Shown: positions 46,009 through 54,974 of the stretch, piece after piece
Position numbering within the stretch: the stretch's first letter is position 1
How the letters are laid out: the number at the start of each line of letters is the position of its first letter
Origin: Candidatus Dojkabacteria bacterium
GTDB lineage: Bacteria; Patescibacteriota; Dojkabacteria; GCA-002793355
Assembly (NCBI GenBank): GCA_030583685.1
Contig: CP129470.1
Coordinates: 810,754 to 874,753, forward strand
DNA: 64,000 nucleotides
Direction of reading: 5' to 3'
Made by a program: the position numbers and the translations under genes
Notes under the pieces: model-generated
Told to the model about the DNA's origin: nothing
The model's input: the letters and a program-made list of their open reading frames with translations, nothing else
The model's database searches: none

Positions 46009-47955
46009 TTAGTAATTCCCTTGAGCATCTCTTAAGGATATAGGAATGCCTCTTTCTCTAAGTATTGCTTGTATGGTTGTTGCCGTTACTCCATTTTTCC
46101 TCAGAGTTGTAATAATTTCTGCTACCCCTGGCGCAGGAGCCGGGGCCGCTTGAGGTGGCGTTTGCGGTGGTTGTCGTGGGGGCGTGGTTCCCGTAGTGGC
46201 ATCCACTTTTAATACAGGGACTTTCGTTGAAACCATACGCGAATGTTGTAATGAAAAATCGTTACTCTTTAATCGACGAGCCATTACGCCAACGAATTTG
46301 TCTACACGTGAACCAGTCCATGCGTTGGAATCACCTGCATTACTTCGCAGCATCTCTTGAGCTACTCCGTTAAGTAAGGATGTCGCGGTCTCTATAAATT
46401 CCAAAAAATTAGCAATATCTGCCATAGAATTCTGCGTGTTGTTGAGGAACGAATTCTCCAAAAAGTGTATGATTTGTTGATCAATATTCTTTTTAAATTC
46501 TCGTAAGAAGACTACAGGGGTATTCTTAGCGTTTTGCTTTGGTGCTTGTATCGCTTCATCAATAATCTCATCTAAAAAAAGAATCGCTCTGTTGTAAGTT
46601 GATAGATTATTCTCTATTTGATTTAGTTTCTCTGATAATCTTCCACTCTTATCACCTATAAACTCAAGAAAATTAATTCTCTGTTTATTCCTCTTCTCTT
46701 GTTTTGTAAACAAAGTAATAGAGTACGGTCGAGTGAGTCTAACTATACGTTTCGCTCCCATTCTTGTTACGAATTCCTTTAACGTATATTTAACGTCATC
46801 AATTCCTGGAACAAGTGTTCCTCTCCAAAACTTGTTTTGAACGGATACTCTTTCATTTTGATAGTCTACTAGTTCATTGAAAATTATTCGAAATCTATTC
46901 TGTAATTTCAAGAAGAAGTTATGGTCTTCAAAGCGTGGGTCATACTTGTAGAGAGTCATTTTTAAACGAAGTAGCTGTAAGGAAGTAAAAAAGGTTTGAA
47001 TGTCGATATTCATAAGACTAAGGGCCTCATAGATGTTGGCGCTTGGTCTGAGATAGGTGTATTCGGCAATATTCATTACCATTCGCATGAGTGGACCTTT
47101 CTTCTTCTTTACCTCGTTGTACCAGGCAAAAGCCCGTTCATATTGTCTTGCATGATCTCCATCTTTTCTTTGAACTGCTGTAATCTTTTTGTCAATTGTT
47201 ATATTGTAATGACCATGTTTGTCAGTAGCGTCTGCTGTCCTTCGCGTAAAGTTATAAACTCCTAATGCCTTTGTCGGGTTATTCGGGGCATGAGCTTTTG
47301 CAATAAAAGCGGCCGTCATATCGATAAGGTTCAGGTTTTTAGGGATACTTTGGTGCGGTTTATAAGAAAATGGATTTCCCTCTTCAGGTACCACTCTGAG
47401 AGAATTATCGGCATTTCTATTTTGCTTTTTTGCGGCTTCAAATAAAGTGTCTATAAACTTTCCAATATCTTCAGGCCGAGTATCTCTTCTCGAAATTAGT
47501 CGATTAAACCTAGCAAGAGTACCAGAATCGTTTGCAATCACCAATGCGATTGGGAGAACTCCAAATTGATAAAGAAATGCAGACTTATCTGTTTCCCATG
47601 ATCCTGTTCGATATTCTATTTTAAAAAATTTAAATTTTTCTGCAATAAGGGGAATTGATTGTGGAGGGCGACGTTCATTACGTCGAGCTGAAAATTCAAT
47701 ATGTTCCAATACTTCGTATAAATATCGAGGAAATACTGTCGCTTTTTCAAACCCTACTGAGAGGTTTGTTAACAATTTATGTACCTCTGGATTTGTTTGT
47801 GCCAAATTATCCACCATTCTCACAATGCTGCTTGTCCTCAAAGAATTTTCTTGAGAGGCATCCTTAGAGGTAGTTTGAAAAAGTAATTTAACAATCGGAG
47901 CTGTTACGTGTAGTTCATTTCGATTCTGAGTTTCGTGTAGATAAGTGTGAGCCAT
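46009..47955 (-). CDS. large hypothetical protein (648 aa) with a Pro-rich linker and a C-terminal helix-hairpin-helix (SAP/Rho-N-like) motif
   Basis: No family recognised. Internal ..RTADATDKHGHYNITI.. (D..HxH..N, loosely relaxase/HUH-like). C-terminal PPRQPPQTPPQAAPAPAPG followed by VAEIITTLRKNGVTATTIQAILRERGIP. Confidence 0.5.
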   Translation of the reverse strand: MAHTYLHETQNRNELHVTAPIVKLLFQTTSKDASQENSLRTSSIVRMVDNLAQTNPEVHKLLTNLSVGFEKATVFPRYLYEVLEHIEFSARRNERRPPQSIPLIAEKFKFFKIEYRTGSWETDKSAFLYQFGVLPIALVIANDSGTLARFNRLISRRDTRPEDIGKFIDTLFEAAKKQNRNADNSLRVVPEEGNPFSYKPHQSIPKNLNLIDMTAAFIAKAHAPNNPTKALGVYNFTRRTADATDKHGHYNITIDKKITAVQRKDGDHARQYERAFAWYNEVKKKKGPLMRMVMNIAEYTYLRPSANIYEALSLMNIDIQTFFTSLQLLRLKMTLYKYDPRFEDHNFFLKLQNRFRIIFNELVDYQNERVSVQNKFWRGTLVPGIDDVKYTLKEFVTRMGAKRIVRLTRPYSITLFTKQEKRNKQRINFLEFIGDKSGRLSEKLNQIENNLSTYNRAILFLDEIIDEAIQAPKQNAKNTPVVFLREFKKNIDQQIIHFLENSFLNNTQNSMADIANFLEFIETATSLLNGVAQEMLRSNAGDSNAWTGSRVDKFVGVMARRLKSNDFSLQHSRMVSTKVPVLKVDATTGTTPPRQPPQTPPQAAPAPAPGVAEIITTLRKNGVTATTIQAILRERGIPISLRDAQGNY

Positions 47956-48020
47956 TGTGAAGGTATTATATCATTTTTACCGAAAATTTTACAGAGCAAC
48001 GCATTCAGGTATAATCCCCT

Positions 48021-48794
48021 ATGGCAGGACATTCTCATTGGCACAATATTCAACAAGCCAAAGGCAAAGCAGACGCAAAACGGGGTATTTTATTTACCAA
48101 GGCCGCACAACAAGTTATATTGGCGGCTCGAGAGGGTGGTGGCGACCCAAACCACAATTTATCACTTCGCATTGCCATTGACTACGCGAAATCGGTTAAT
48201 ATGCCAAAGGAAAATATAGAGCGTGCAATTAAAAAGGGAACAGGAGAGGATTCTTCATCACAACTCGAAAAAGTCGTTTACGAGGGGTATGGGCCACTCA
48301 AAATTCCGTTTATTGTATCAGCTATCACCGATAACAAAAACCGAACGGTAAATGAGTTGCGAAATATTTTTTCGAAGGCGGGTGGTGAACTGGGGTCGAT
48401 TGGCTCTGTCCTCTGGCAGTTTACGGAATCAGGCAGAATCACCGTAAAGGCAACCAAGATTGTTCCGTCAGAAAAGTTCGGAGAAGCTGATAAAGAAGTT
48501 TCGTGTGACGTTGATGAGGTAATGCTTACCTTGATGGAGATAACGAACATTGTTGATATCGAGAAGAATGAACATGAAGAGGGAGTCATTTATGTCTATA
48601 CCGCGACGAACCTGTTGGCACAGGTCAGTCAGGCAATTCGGGAGGTCGGTTATCAAGTCATTGCGTCGGAACACCATTTTGAGGCGAATACTCCAAAGGA
48701 AGTGACTGAAAAGGAGCGAGAGACGGTACAGAATTTTCTTGACACACTTGAAGAACACCAAGATGTTCAATCAGTTTGGCATAGTGCGCGATGA
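48021..48794 (+). CDS. yebC: YebC/PmpR-family transcriptional regulator
   Basis: MAGHSHWHNIQQAKGKADAKRG.. Confidence 0.9.
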   Translation: MAGHSHWHNIQQAKGKADAKRGILFTKAAQQVILAAREGGGDPNHNLSLRIAIDYAKSVNMPKENIERAIKKGTGEDSSSQLEKVVYEGYGPLKIPFIVSAITDNKNRTVNELRNIFSKAGGELGSIGSVLWQFTESGRITVKATKIVPSEKFGEADKEVSCDVDEVMLTLMEITNIVDIEKNEHEEGVIYVYTATNLLAQVSQAIREVGYQVIASEHHFEANTPKEVTEKERETVQNFLDTLEEHQDVQSVWHSAR

Positions 48795-49270
48795 TTGTTC
48801 TTGGGTTAGATCCTGGTATTGATCGATTAGGCTGGGCATTTTTAAAAGATTCCGAAGAAGGGATTGCGTTATTGCATTACGGCTTAATCACAACAGAGAA
48901 AACGAAGGATTCCGTTTTTCGACTTGGAGAGATTGCTTCAGATTTGAATCAGCTTATCGTAACTCATTCACCTGATTGTATGTGTATCGAGCATATTTTC
49001 TTTTCCAAGAATGTAAAAACAGCGATGACCATTGCAGAAGTCCGAGGTGTGTTGAAAGTTATTGCGTCACAACATTTGTTGGAGGTACGCGAAATACACC
49101 CGATGCAATTGAAAAAAAAACTCGTTGGCTCGGGGAAGGCAAGTAAAAAAGAAATGCAACTCGTCATGAAGAACCTTTTTGGTCTCGTGAACGACTTCAA
49201 AACAGATGATGTTGCCGATGCTATTGCGATTGGCTATGTTGGATTACTTGAAGCAATTGGTCAATTGTAG
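48791..49270 (+). CDS. ruvC: Holliday-junction resolvase RuvC
   Basis: VLGLDPGIDRLGWAF.., ..DAADAIAIG.. and a 4-nt overlap with yebC. Confidence 0.85.
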   Translation: MIVLGLDPGIDRLGWAFLKDSEEGIALLHYGLITTEKTKDSVFRLGEIASDLNQLIVTHSPDCMCIEHIFFSKNVKTAMTIAEVRGVLKVIASQHLLEVREIHPMQLKKKLVGSGKASKKEMQLVMKNLFGLVNDFKTDDVADAIAIGYVGLLEAIGQL

Positions 49271-49291
49271 TATAGTGAAGTAATAAACTAA

Positions 49292-49618
49292 TTGCCTCGA
49301 ATTATGAGTGGAAAATCATTTGTTAAAGGGTTACTTGCTGGAGCAGCAGTTGGCGCAGCGGTTGGGTTACTCACTGCACCAAAATCTGGTAAAGAACTAC
49401 GTAAAGATCTTGCTGATTATGCAAAGAAAATGAGCAAGGACGTAGAAAAGATGCTTGCCAAGGCAAAGACTGTCAGCAAAGAAACATACGCAAAAGCAGT
49501 GGAAGAAGTCACTGCAATGTACGCAAAAGTCAAGTCATTCGACAAGGCCGATATGGATGCGCTAAAGAAGAAATTGATGGGTGAATGGGAAAGTGTGGTC
49601 AAGAAATTAAAGAAATAA
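49292..49618 (+). CDS. YtxH-like (DUF948) small membrane/stress protein
   Basis: GKSFVKGLLAGAAVGAAVGLLTAPKSGKELRKDL, then a Lys/Ala-rich helix. Confidence 0.55.
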   Translation: MPRIMSGKSFVKGLLAGAAVGAAVGLLTAPKSGKELRKDLADYAKKMSKDVEKMLAKAKTVSKETYAKAVEEVTAMYAKVKSFDKADMDALKKKLMGEWESVVKKLKK

Positions 49619-49720
49619 TCACTTTTCTCTTTGTTGGGTAGAGTAAAGCTTGCTTTTGATACTGTAGGAGTGTTTACTCTGTCGTCACGCGGTGGATTCT
49701 GTTGTCGGTAGGGGAGCTCC

Positions 49721-50395
49721 CTATTTTTCCCAGATCAAGGTGTGAGGCTCAAAGCCAATACTTTCAAGAATTTCTCTCATGTTTTTAACAAATTCTTTAG
49801 GTCCGCAAATATAGGCGGTATCCCTTTGCGTGGGGCAAAATTCCTTTAATACATTTGCAGTAATTCTTCCTGAAACATATCCCATTGCAGATTTTCTTGT
49901 CAGCGTCAAAAGAAGCCCGTTACTTTCTTGCGAGAAGTAGTGAGTTAACTCGTGTTCACAGATAATATCTGCTTTTGTTTTATTGGAGTAGAGGAGGCAG
50001 GAGTTGCGCAACTCACCTTGACTCCATAAAGTTCTGAAGATAGAAAGAAATGGTGTAATCCCCGCTCCTCCGGCAAGAAATAATCCCGGTTTTGAATATT
50101 TTATTGCGCCAAACGGCTTATCGAGGAGAAGTGTGTCTCCTACTTTTGTGTCCCAGAGGGCATGCGTAACGCCGTTATGATCATGATAAGATTTAATGGT
50201 AAATTCGAGTATTTTATCGTCTGGTCGAGAGGTAAAGGTGAAAGGGCGTTTATCGTCGCGGAGGCCAGGTTTGTCGATCGCGACTTCTGTTGCTTGTCCG
50301 GGTTGAAACGTATAGTTTTCTGGTTTGGAAACGATGTATCGTTTTACATCGTGGGTAACATACCCCGTGGAAAGAATAGTAACTTTATGAGCCAT
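49721..50395 (-). CDS. FAD/NAD(P)-binding oxidoreductase (ferredoxin-NADP reductase-like)
   Basis: RPFTFTS (RxYS-type FAD motif) and LFLAGGAGITPFLS (NAD(P) GGxGxxP). Confidence 0.7.
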   Translation of the reverse strand: MAHKVTILSTGYVTHDVKRYIVSKPENYTFQPGQATEVAIDKPGLRDDKRPFTFTSRPDDKILEFTIKSYHDHNGVTHALWDTKVGDTLLLDKPFGAIKYSKPGLFLAGGAGITPFLSIFRTLWSQGELRNSCLLYSNKTKADIICEHELTHYFSQESNGLLLTLTRKSAMGYVSGRITANVLKEFCPTQRDTAYICGPKEFVKNMREILESIGFEPHTLIWEK

Positions 50396-50439
50396 AGTGA
50401 TTCTTGCGTGATATTATCGACTAGGGTATCATTCCCAGT

Positions 50440-51051
50440 ATGAAGTGGCAAGTGCATCGATTGAAACAATATGCAGTACTCATCGCGATGATGGGTGTTG
50501 GAACATTCTCTGTGTGGTTTGCAGATCAAATGGTACGCAACTATTTTCCTGTACGACCAATCCTCGATGACCTCTTTTTCCGCATTACTCCCTATATTCC
50601 TGAGTTTTCATATGTTGCAGATGGTGTCATTGTGGTGTCTTTTCTTCTCTATTTATTTCTGATAAAGATTGACCAAACGAAGCTTCAGACGGCAATGGCG
50701 ACGGCTGCTTTTCTGTATTTCTTGAGAGGATTACTCAATCTCGTCACCCCGATTGGCGATCCCAGTGGCGATGTTGAGGTCTATGGATTTCTGGAAGCAT
50801 ATCCGCTTATGGGGATGTTTCCCTCCGGACACATTGGCTTCCTGGTTGGACAATATCTCTTACTTCACAAGTGGAATTATCCAAAAAAATGGCTTGCAGT
50901 ATATATTTTGCTCATTGTTCTTGAATCGTTTGCTTTGTGGGTTACGAGAGGTCATTACACCATTGATATTGTTGGAGGGATGATGGTTGCGTATTTTGCA
51001 GTCAAATATGGTACTCGTTTGATGCAACAACCATTTTTTCAACGCGGGTAA
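50440..51051 (+). CDS. PAP2-family membrane phosphatase
   Basis: PAP2 motifs FPSGH and TRGHYTIDIVGG (SRx5Hx3D). Confidence 0.7.
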   Translation: MKWQVHRLKQYAVLIAMMGVGTFSVWFADQMVRNYFPVRPILDDLFFRITPYIPEFSYVADGVIVVSFLLYLFLIKIDQTKLQTAMATAAFLYFLRGLLNLVTPIGDPSGDVEVYGFLEAYPLMGMFPSGHIGFLVGQYLLLHKWNYPKKWLAVYILLIVLESFALWVTRGHYTIDIVGGMMVAYFAVKYGTRLMQQPFFQRG

Positions 51052-52354
51052 TATACTCAGATACAGAAAACTTACGCGACGCTCCTGACTCATTCATGTA
51101 TCGGATATATCCATAAACTGGTCTTTCGAACCATGGTCTATCATGGACACCGCCAATTGCCCAGGCTATTCCTGTATAGCCATTTGGATCTCGTCCATCA
51201 AATTGATACGTATCGTTCAATCTTATTGCAATCTGTTGTGCGAGTTGAGGAGACTCACTCCATTCTAGAATTTTCTTAGCCCAATACATCCGAAGATAAC
51301 CATTCAGATATCCTGTGTGGCGAAGTTCTTTTTGTATTGCATTCCAGAATGGTTCGTGTGTTTGCGATGAGTCAAACTCATCATAAGAATAGGTATACTG
51401 GCGTGGATCAGAAGTATGCTGTAGCAGTGATGCGCGTGCCCATCGAGGAAATCCCTCAAACGAGTCGTATTGGTCATTATAGTAACAATAATTTTCCGCA
51501 AGTTCGCGACGGATAAGGAGTTGCTCGAGAAATGCTTCTTTCTCGACACTTTCGGGAAGCTCAGTAATTTTTTCTGCAACTGTTGCACAACTAAGGTGCC
51601 CAAAATGTAAGTATTTTGAGAGTTGCGAGGTTGCATGGGCAAGTGGATTGTTTCTCTCGCCATAACGAGAGAGCGTTGTGATAAAGCGGGTAAGTGCCAG
51701 CTCTGGGGAGGTAATATTTGGAGAGCGTGATTTCTTTTCGGTATAGTTTCTCTTGGATGTGTAAAAAGGATGGGGGATAAGTTTTGGCTTTTCAGGAGTC
51801 AGTAATGCTAGGGATTTGTAGAATTTTGGACGAAAAGTTTTTGCAGAATACTCTTGCTTATCAGAAGTAATCCATGGAGGAACGACATTGTGTGCGTCAA
51901 TTCGCCAAAAAGAGCAAGAAATTTTGTTTGCAATTTGTCTTTCCCATTCGCGCTTTACTTTGAGGGGAGAAAAATCAGTAAGGAGGAGGGATGCTTTTTG
52001 TGTTGCTACATATGCTGGTAATCTCTCGACAACATTACCTTCTTCCCAGTGAAAGTACACTGAATATTTTTCGCATTCTCTGCCGACATGATGCAAACCT
52101 TCTTCCATAAACGTGAAAATTCGGGGGGTTGCCTGGAGAAACTCTTTTGCTTGACAAAAGTAAACGACGAGTGGTTGCTTTCTTGCAAGTGCTTCTTCTT
52201 GTGCAACGGAAACGGCCCAATTATCAGTAATTCTTTGGTCTCGTGACATCCAGTAGACAACGGGACCAGTTGAGATTGCAGGCTCTTCGCGTAAATAGTG
52301 AATTCGTTGCTGCTGATATTTCATAAACATGTTATTATAAAGGAACGCGTACAT
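51002..52354 (-). CDS. class II CPD deoxyribodipyrimidine photolyase
   Basis: GPVVYWMSRDQR (class II hallmark) and the C-terminal FAD-binding domain (..GYTGIAWAIGGVHDRPW..). Confidence 0.8.
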   Translation of the reverse strand: MYAFLYNNMFMKYQQQRIHYLREEPAISTGPVVYWMSRDQRITDNWAVSVAQEEALARKQPLVVYFCQAKEFLQATPRIFTFMEEGLHHVGRECEKYSVYFHWEEGNVVERLPAYVATQKASLLLTDFSPLKVKREWERQIANKISCSFWRIDAHNVVPPWITSDKQEYSAKTFRPKFYKSLALLTPEKPKLIPHPFYTSKRNYTEKKSRSPNITSPELALTRFITTLSRYGERNNPLAHATSQLSKYLHFGHLSCATVAEKITELPESVEKEAFLEQLLIRRELAENYCYYNDQYDSFEGFPRWARASLLQHTSDPRQYTYSYDEFDSSQTHEPFWNAIQKELRHTGYLNGYLRMYWAKKILEWSESPQLAQQIAIRLNDTYQFDGRDPNGYTGIAWAIGGVHDRPWFERPVYGYIRYMNESGASRKFSVSEYITRVEKMVVASNEYHI

Positions 52355-52373
52355 AATTTCAGGTACTTACTCA

Positions 52374-52754
52374 ATGAATGGATATGTTGCAAATATTGTA
52401 GAAAAGTCGCTACAAAACAAAAACTTCCGGCACGTGCTCTTTACTGGTACAAAAATGCAATTAGTTGTTATGTCATTACTTCCTGGTGAGGAAATTGGCG
52501 AAGAAGTTCATCCAACGGTTGATCAGTTTTTTCGAATCGAAGAGGGGATAGCAACGGTAATCATCGATGGAGAAGAGCAGATTGTTGTTGATGATGATGT
52601 TATTATTGTTCCCGCAGGAGCAACGCATAATCTGATTAATACAGGCACTGGCGTCGTGAAACTGTATACCATCTACACTCCACCAAATCACCCAGAGGGA
52701 ACCGTTCATGTAACAAAAGCCGAAGCGGACGAGGCGGAAGAACATCACTCATAA
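52374..52754 (+). CDS. cupin-domain protein
   Basis: GEEIGEEVHP.. and VPAGATHNLINTG, the two cupin motifs. Confidence 0.6.
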   Translation: MNGYVANIVEKSLQNKNFRHVLFTGTKMQLVVMSLLPGEEIGEEVHPTVDQFFRIEEGIATVIIDGEEQIVVDDDVIIVPAGATHNLINTGTGVVKLYTIYTPPNHPEGTVHVTKAEADEAEEHHS

Positions 52755-52809
52755 ACGTTACGAGAGAAAAGTTCTCCTTCACGGTGGACTGTATTTTTTT
52801 TATTGAAGA

Positions 52810-52818
52810 TGGTATAAT
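52810..52818 (+). promoter_or_regulatory. extended -10 element (TGgTATAAT) upstream of the RRM-protein gene
   Basis: Seen in the sequence. No convincing -35 element. Confidence 0.35.
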
Positions 52819-52913
52819 GATATTGTCAGGTAAGAGTATTGATACGCCCCGAGAACTTTTCCGGTAAGCGTCGGTATTTCCAACTGTCTTTAGTTAATCT
52901 ATCATGGGAATCC

Positions 52914-53264
52914 ATGGAGAATAAAATTTTTATCGGCAATGTTGCGTTCGAAACAAAGATCGAAACATTAGTCGAACTTTTCTCACAATATGGTGAGATT
53001 ACCGACTCATACAAGCCTATGGGGAAGGGATTTGCATTCATCACATTCAAAGATGAAGCAGCAGTCCAAGCAGCCATTGAAGGCATGAACGGAAAAGAGG
53101 TTGAAGGGCGAGAACTCGTCGTCAACGTCGCAAGACCACGTGAAGAGCGACCAAGCCGAGGATTCGGTGGCGGTGGCTACGGTGGTGGCGGAAACAGACC
53201 AAATAGAGGCTTTGGCGGAGATCGCCGTGGCGGATTTGGTGGTGGTTTCGGTGGACGACGATAA
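52914..53264 (+). CDS. RRM-type RNA-binding protein with a Gly/Arg-rich tail
   Basis: RNP2 IFIGNV and RNP1 KGFAFITF. The C-terminus is GFGGGGYGGGGNRPNRGFGGDRRGGFGGGFGGRR. Start set at ATG 52914 (MENKIF..). Confidence 0.8.
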   Translation: MENKIFIGNVAFETKIETLVELFSQYGEITDSYKPMGKGFAFITFKDEAAVQAAIEGMNGKEVEGRELVVNVARPREERPSRGFGGGGYGGGGNRPNRGFGGDRRGGFGGGFGGRR

Positions 53265-53286
53265 GTTAGTCACGAAATTTACAGAA

Positions 53287-53316
53287 GAAGGGAGCGAAAG
53301 CTCCCTTCTTTTTTTT
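53287..53316. terminator. bidirectional rho-independent terminator
   Basis: GAAGGGAGC-GAAA-GCTCCCTTC followed by T8. It lies between the convergent RRM and DHH genes. Confidence 0.7.
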
Positions 53317-53330
53317 ATCAATGCCTTGCG

Positions 53331-54362
53331 TTAGGAGATCTTTGCCTGTTCTTTGTGCTCAGCAACTGTGTTAAGCGCAATTGCTAACGCAGTCTCAACT
53401 GATGGTGCTTCAAGATAAAATCCTGCTGCTGGTTGCTGCCCTCCGCCTCCAAGTTTTTTTGCAAAAAATGCAACATCATACGTGTTAATGAGCGCGCGAT
53501 AAGAACCTTTATAACCATTACCTTCAGGATAAAGAAGTAGATAGATTGGTTTGAAGGTTGTATTTCTGAGAAAATAATGATTCACTGCATCTTTCGCAAT
53601 GCTGTAGGCATCGCGAGATATCTCAGGGTGTGCCTGGGCGAATTCATCGGTTACCCAAAAATAGGCGACATTTTCATCAGATTGATGATTTTGTAGAAAT
53701 TCTGCAACGACGAGGAGGTGATCTGGGGTATATCTGGTGATTTGACGATCAATTTCATCAATAAAGTGTCCTTCTGACAGAATTTTTTCCACCAGCGAAA
53801 ACGTGTGGCGATTGTTTACTCTCATGAATCTGAAGTTATTTGTGTCGTTGAGAATACCCGCTCCAAGATAACGATGTATTTCAGCAGGTTGCGTATATCC
53901 GCATTCAGTAATAAATAATTCGTAGACTTCCTCAACTGCACAATTGTAAGGAGTACTGAAGACTATTTCAGGAAGCATACGATCTTCGGGCGGATGATGA
54001 TCAATAGCGATGATAGGAATAGTATTGTTGTGGTACCAAGCTTCTAGTTCAGAAACTGAGAATGAAATTCTATTCACACTTGGGCAATCGGTAATCACGA
54101 TGAGATCGGGGTCGAATTCGGAAACTACGGTTAGGAAGGAGTCAGTGAGAATTTCAGTATACCCGGGAAGGTATTCTCCGTTCGGAATTGTCCCCTTTTC
54201 GATAACTACTCGTATATACTTGTTGGGGTATTTCTTTTGCAAAATCTTTTCCGTGAGAAGGGCAGAAGCAAGGGCATCCCAGTCGGGTCGGATATGAGTT
54301 GCAATAAGTATTTTTGTAGATTTTTCAATATACTGCTGTATTTTTTGCACTTGTGGATTCAT
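53331..54362 (-). CDS. DHH/DHHA1 phosphoesterase (NrnA-like oligoribonuclease / pAp phosphatase)
   Basis: HIRPDWDALAS (motif I) and IAIDHHPPE (DHH). Start at ATG 54362, which has TATAAT 6 nt upstream; the alternative start at 54461 is also in frame. Confidence 0.7.
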   Translation of the reverse strand: MNPQVQKIQQYIEKSTKILIATHIRPDWDALASALLTEKILQKKYPNKYIRVVIEKGTIPNGEYLPGYTEILTDSFLTVVSEFDPDLIVITDCPSVNRISFSVSELEAWYHNNTIPIIAIDHHPPEDRMLPEIVFSTPYNCAVEEVYELFITECGYTQPAEIHRYLGAGILNDTNNFRFMRVNNRHTFSLVEKILSEGHFIDEIDRQITRYTPDHLLVVAEFLQNHQSDENVAYFWVTDEFAQAHPEISRDAYSIAKDAVNHYFLRNTTFKPIYLLLYPEGNGYKGSYRALINTYDVAFFAKKLGGGGQQPAAGFYLEAPSVETALAIALNTVAEHKEQAKIS

Positions 54363-54398
54363 GTCGTGATTATACAACAGGGGTGGTACAATAGGAAT

Positions 54399-54974
54399 AT
54401 GAAAACTCCGTTTTATACCGGTGTAGGCGACGCGGGTATGACAAACACGGGAAAGCTTCACCTTCCCAAAAGCGATGCAGTTTTCGAATTACTGGGTAGT
54501 CTTGATGAGTGTAACTGCTGGCTTGGGTATGCGGCTGGTGAAGCTAACAAGCTACATAACGAGAAACAGATACATACATGGCTTATCAGATTACAACAGA
54601 CAGTATTTATCGCCCAAGCAGAAGTTGCGGCCCTCGCGTTTTCTTATGGAACATATACGGACTCTCCACGTACGTTTCCCTATTTGAGAAAGAAACACAT
54701 CACTCTGTTGCAGCGCATAATTCGACACATTGATGGGGAGTATCCATCCTTGCAGCATTTTATTTTGCCAGGTGGGTCTGAATTATCGTCTCGCTGCGAT
54801 ATTGCACGCACCATAGCTCGGAGAGCAGAACGAGCGGCAATTGCAGTACAAGGAACGTATTCTTTTTCACCAACTTTTCTGCAGTATCTTAATCGTCTTT
54901 CGAGTGTTCTGTTTGCTCTTGCGAGATATGCGAATTTTCGCGCAGGAGTTGGCGAAAATTCGCCGACATATTAA
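54399..54974 (+). CDS. PduO-type ATP:cob(I)alamin adenosyltransferase (MMAB family)
   Basis: FYTGVGDAGMTNTGKLHLPKSDAVFELLGSLDECNCWLG. TGgTACAAT extended -10 sits 6 nt upstream of the ATG. Confidence 0.7.
   Translation: MKTPFYTGVGDAGMTNTGKLHLPKSDAVFELLGSLDECNCWLGYAAGEANKLHNEKQIHTWLIRLQQTVFIAQAEVAALAFSYGTYTDSPRTFPYLRKKHITLLQRIIRHIDGEYPSLQHFILPGGSELSSRCDIARTIARRAERAAIAVQGTYSFSPTFLQYLNRLSSVLFALARYANFRAGVGENSPTY

Noticed and set aside
49640-49720. Terminator downstream of the YtxH-like gene (GGGGAGCTCCC followed by TATTTTT)
   Set aside because: The palindrome has essentially no loop (GGGAG/CTCCC with a 0-2 nt loop) and lies about 100 nt from the stop. It is too weak to call.
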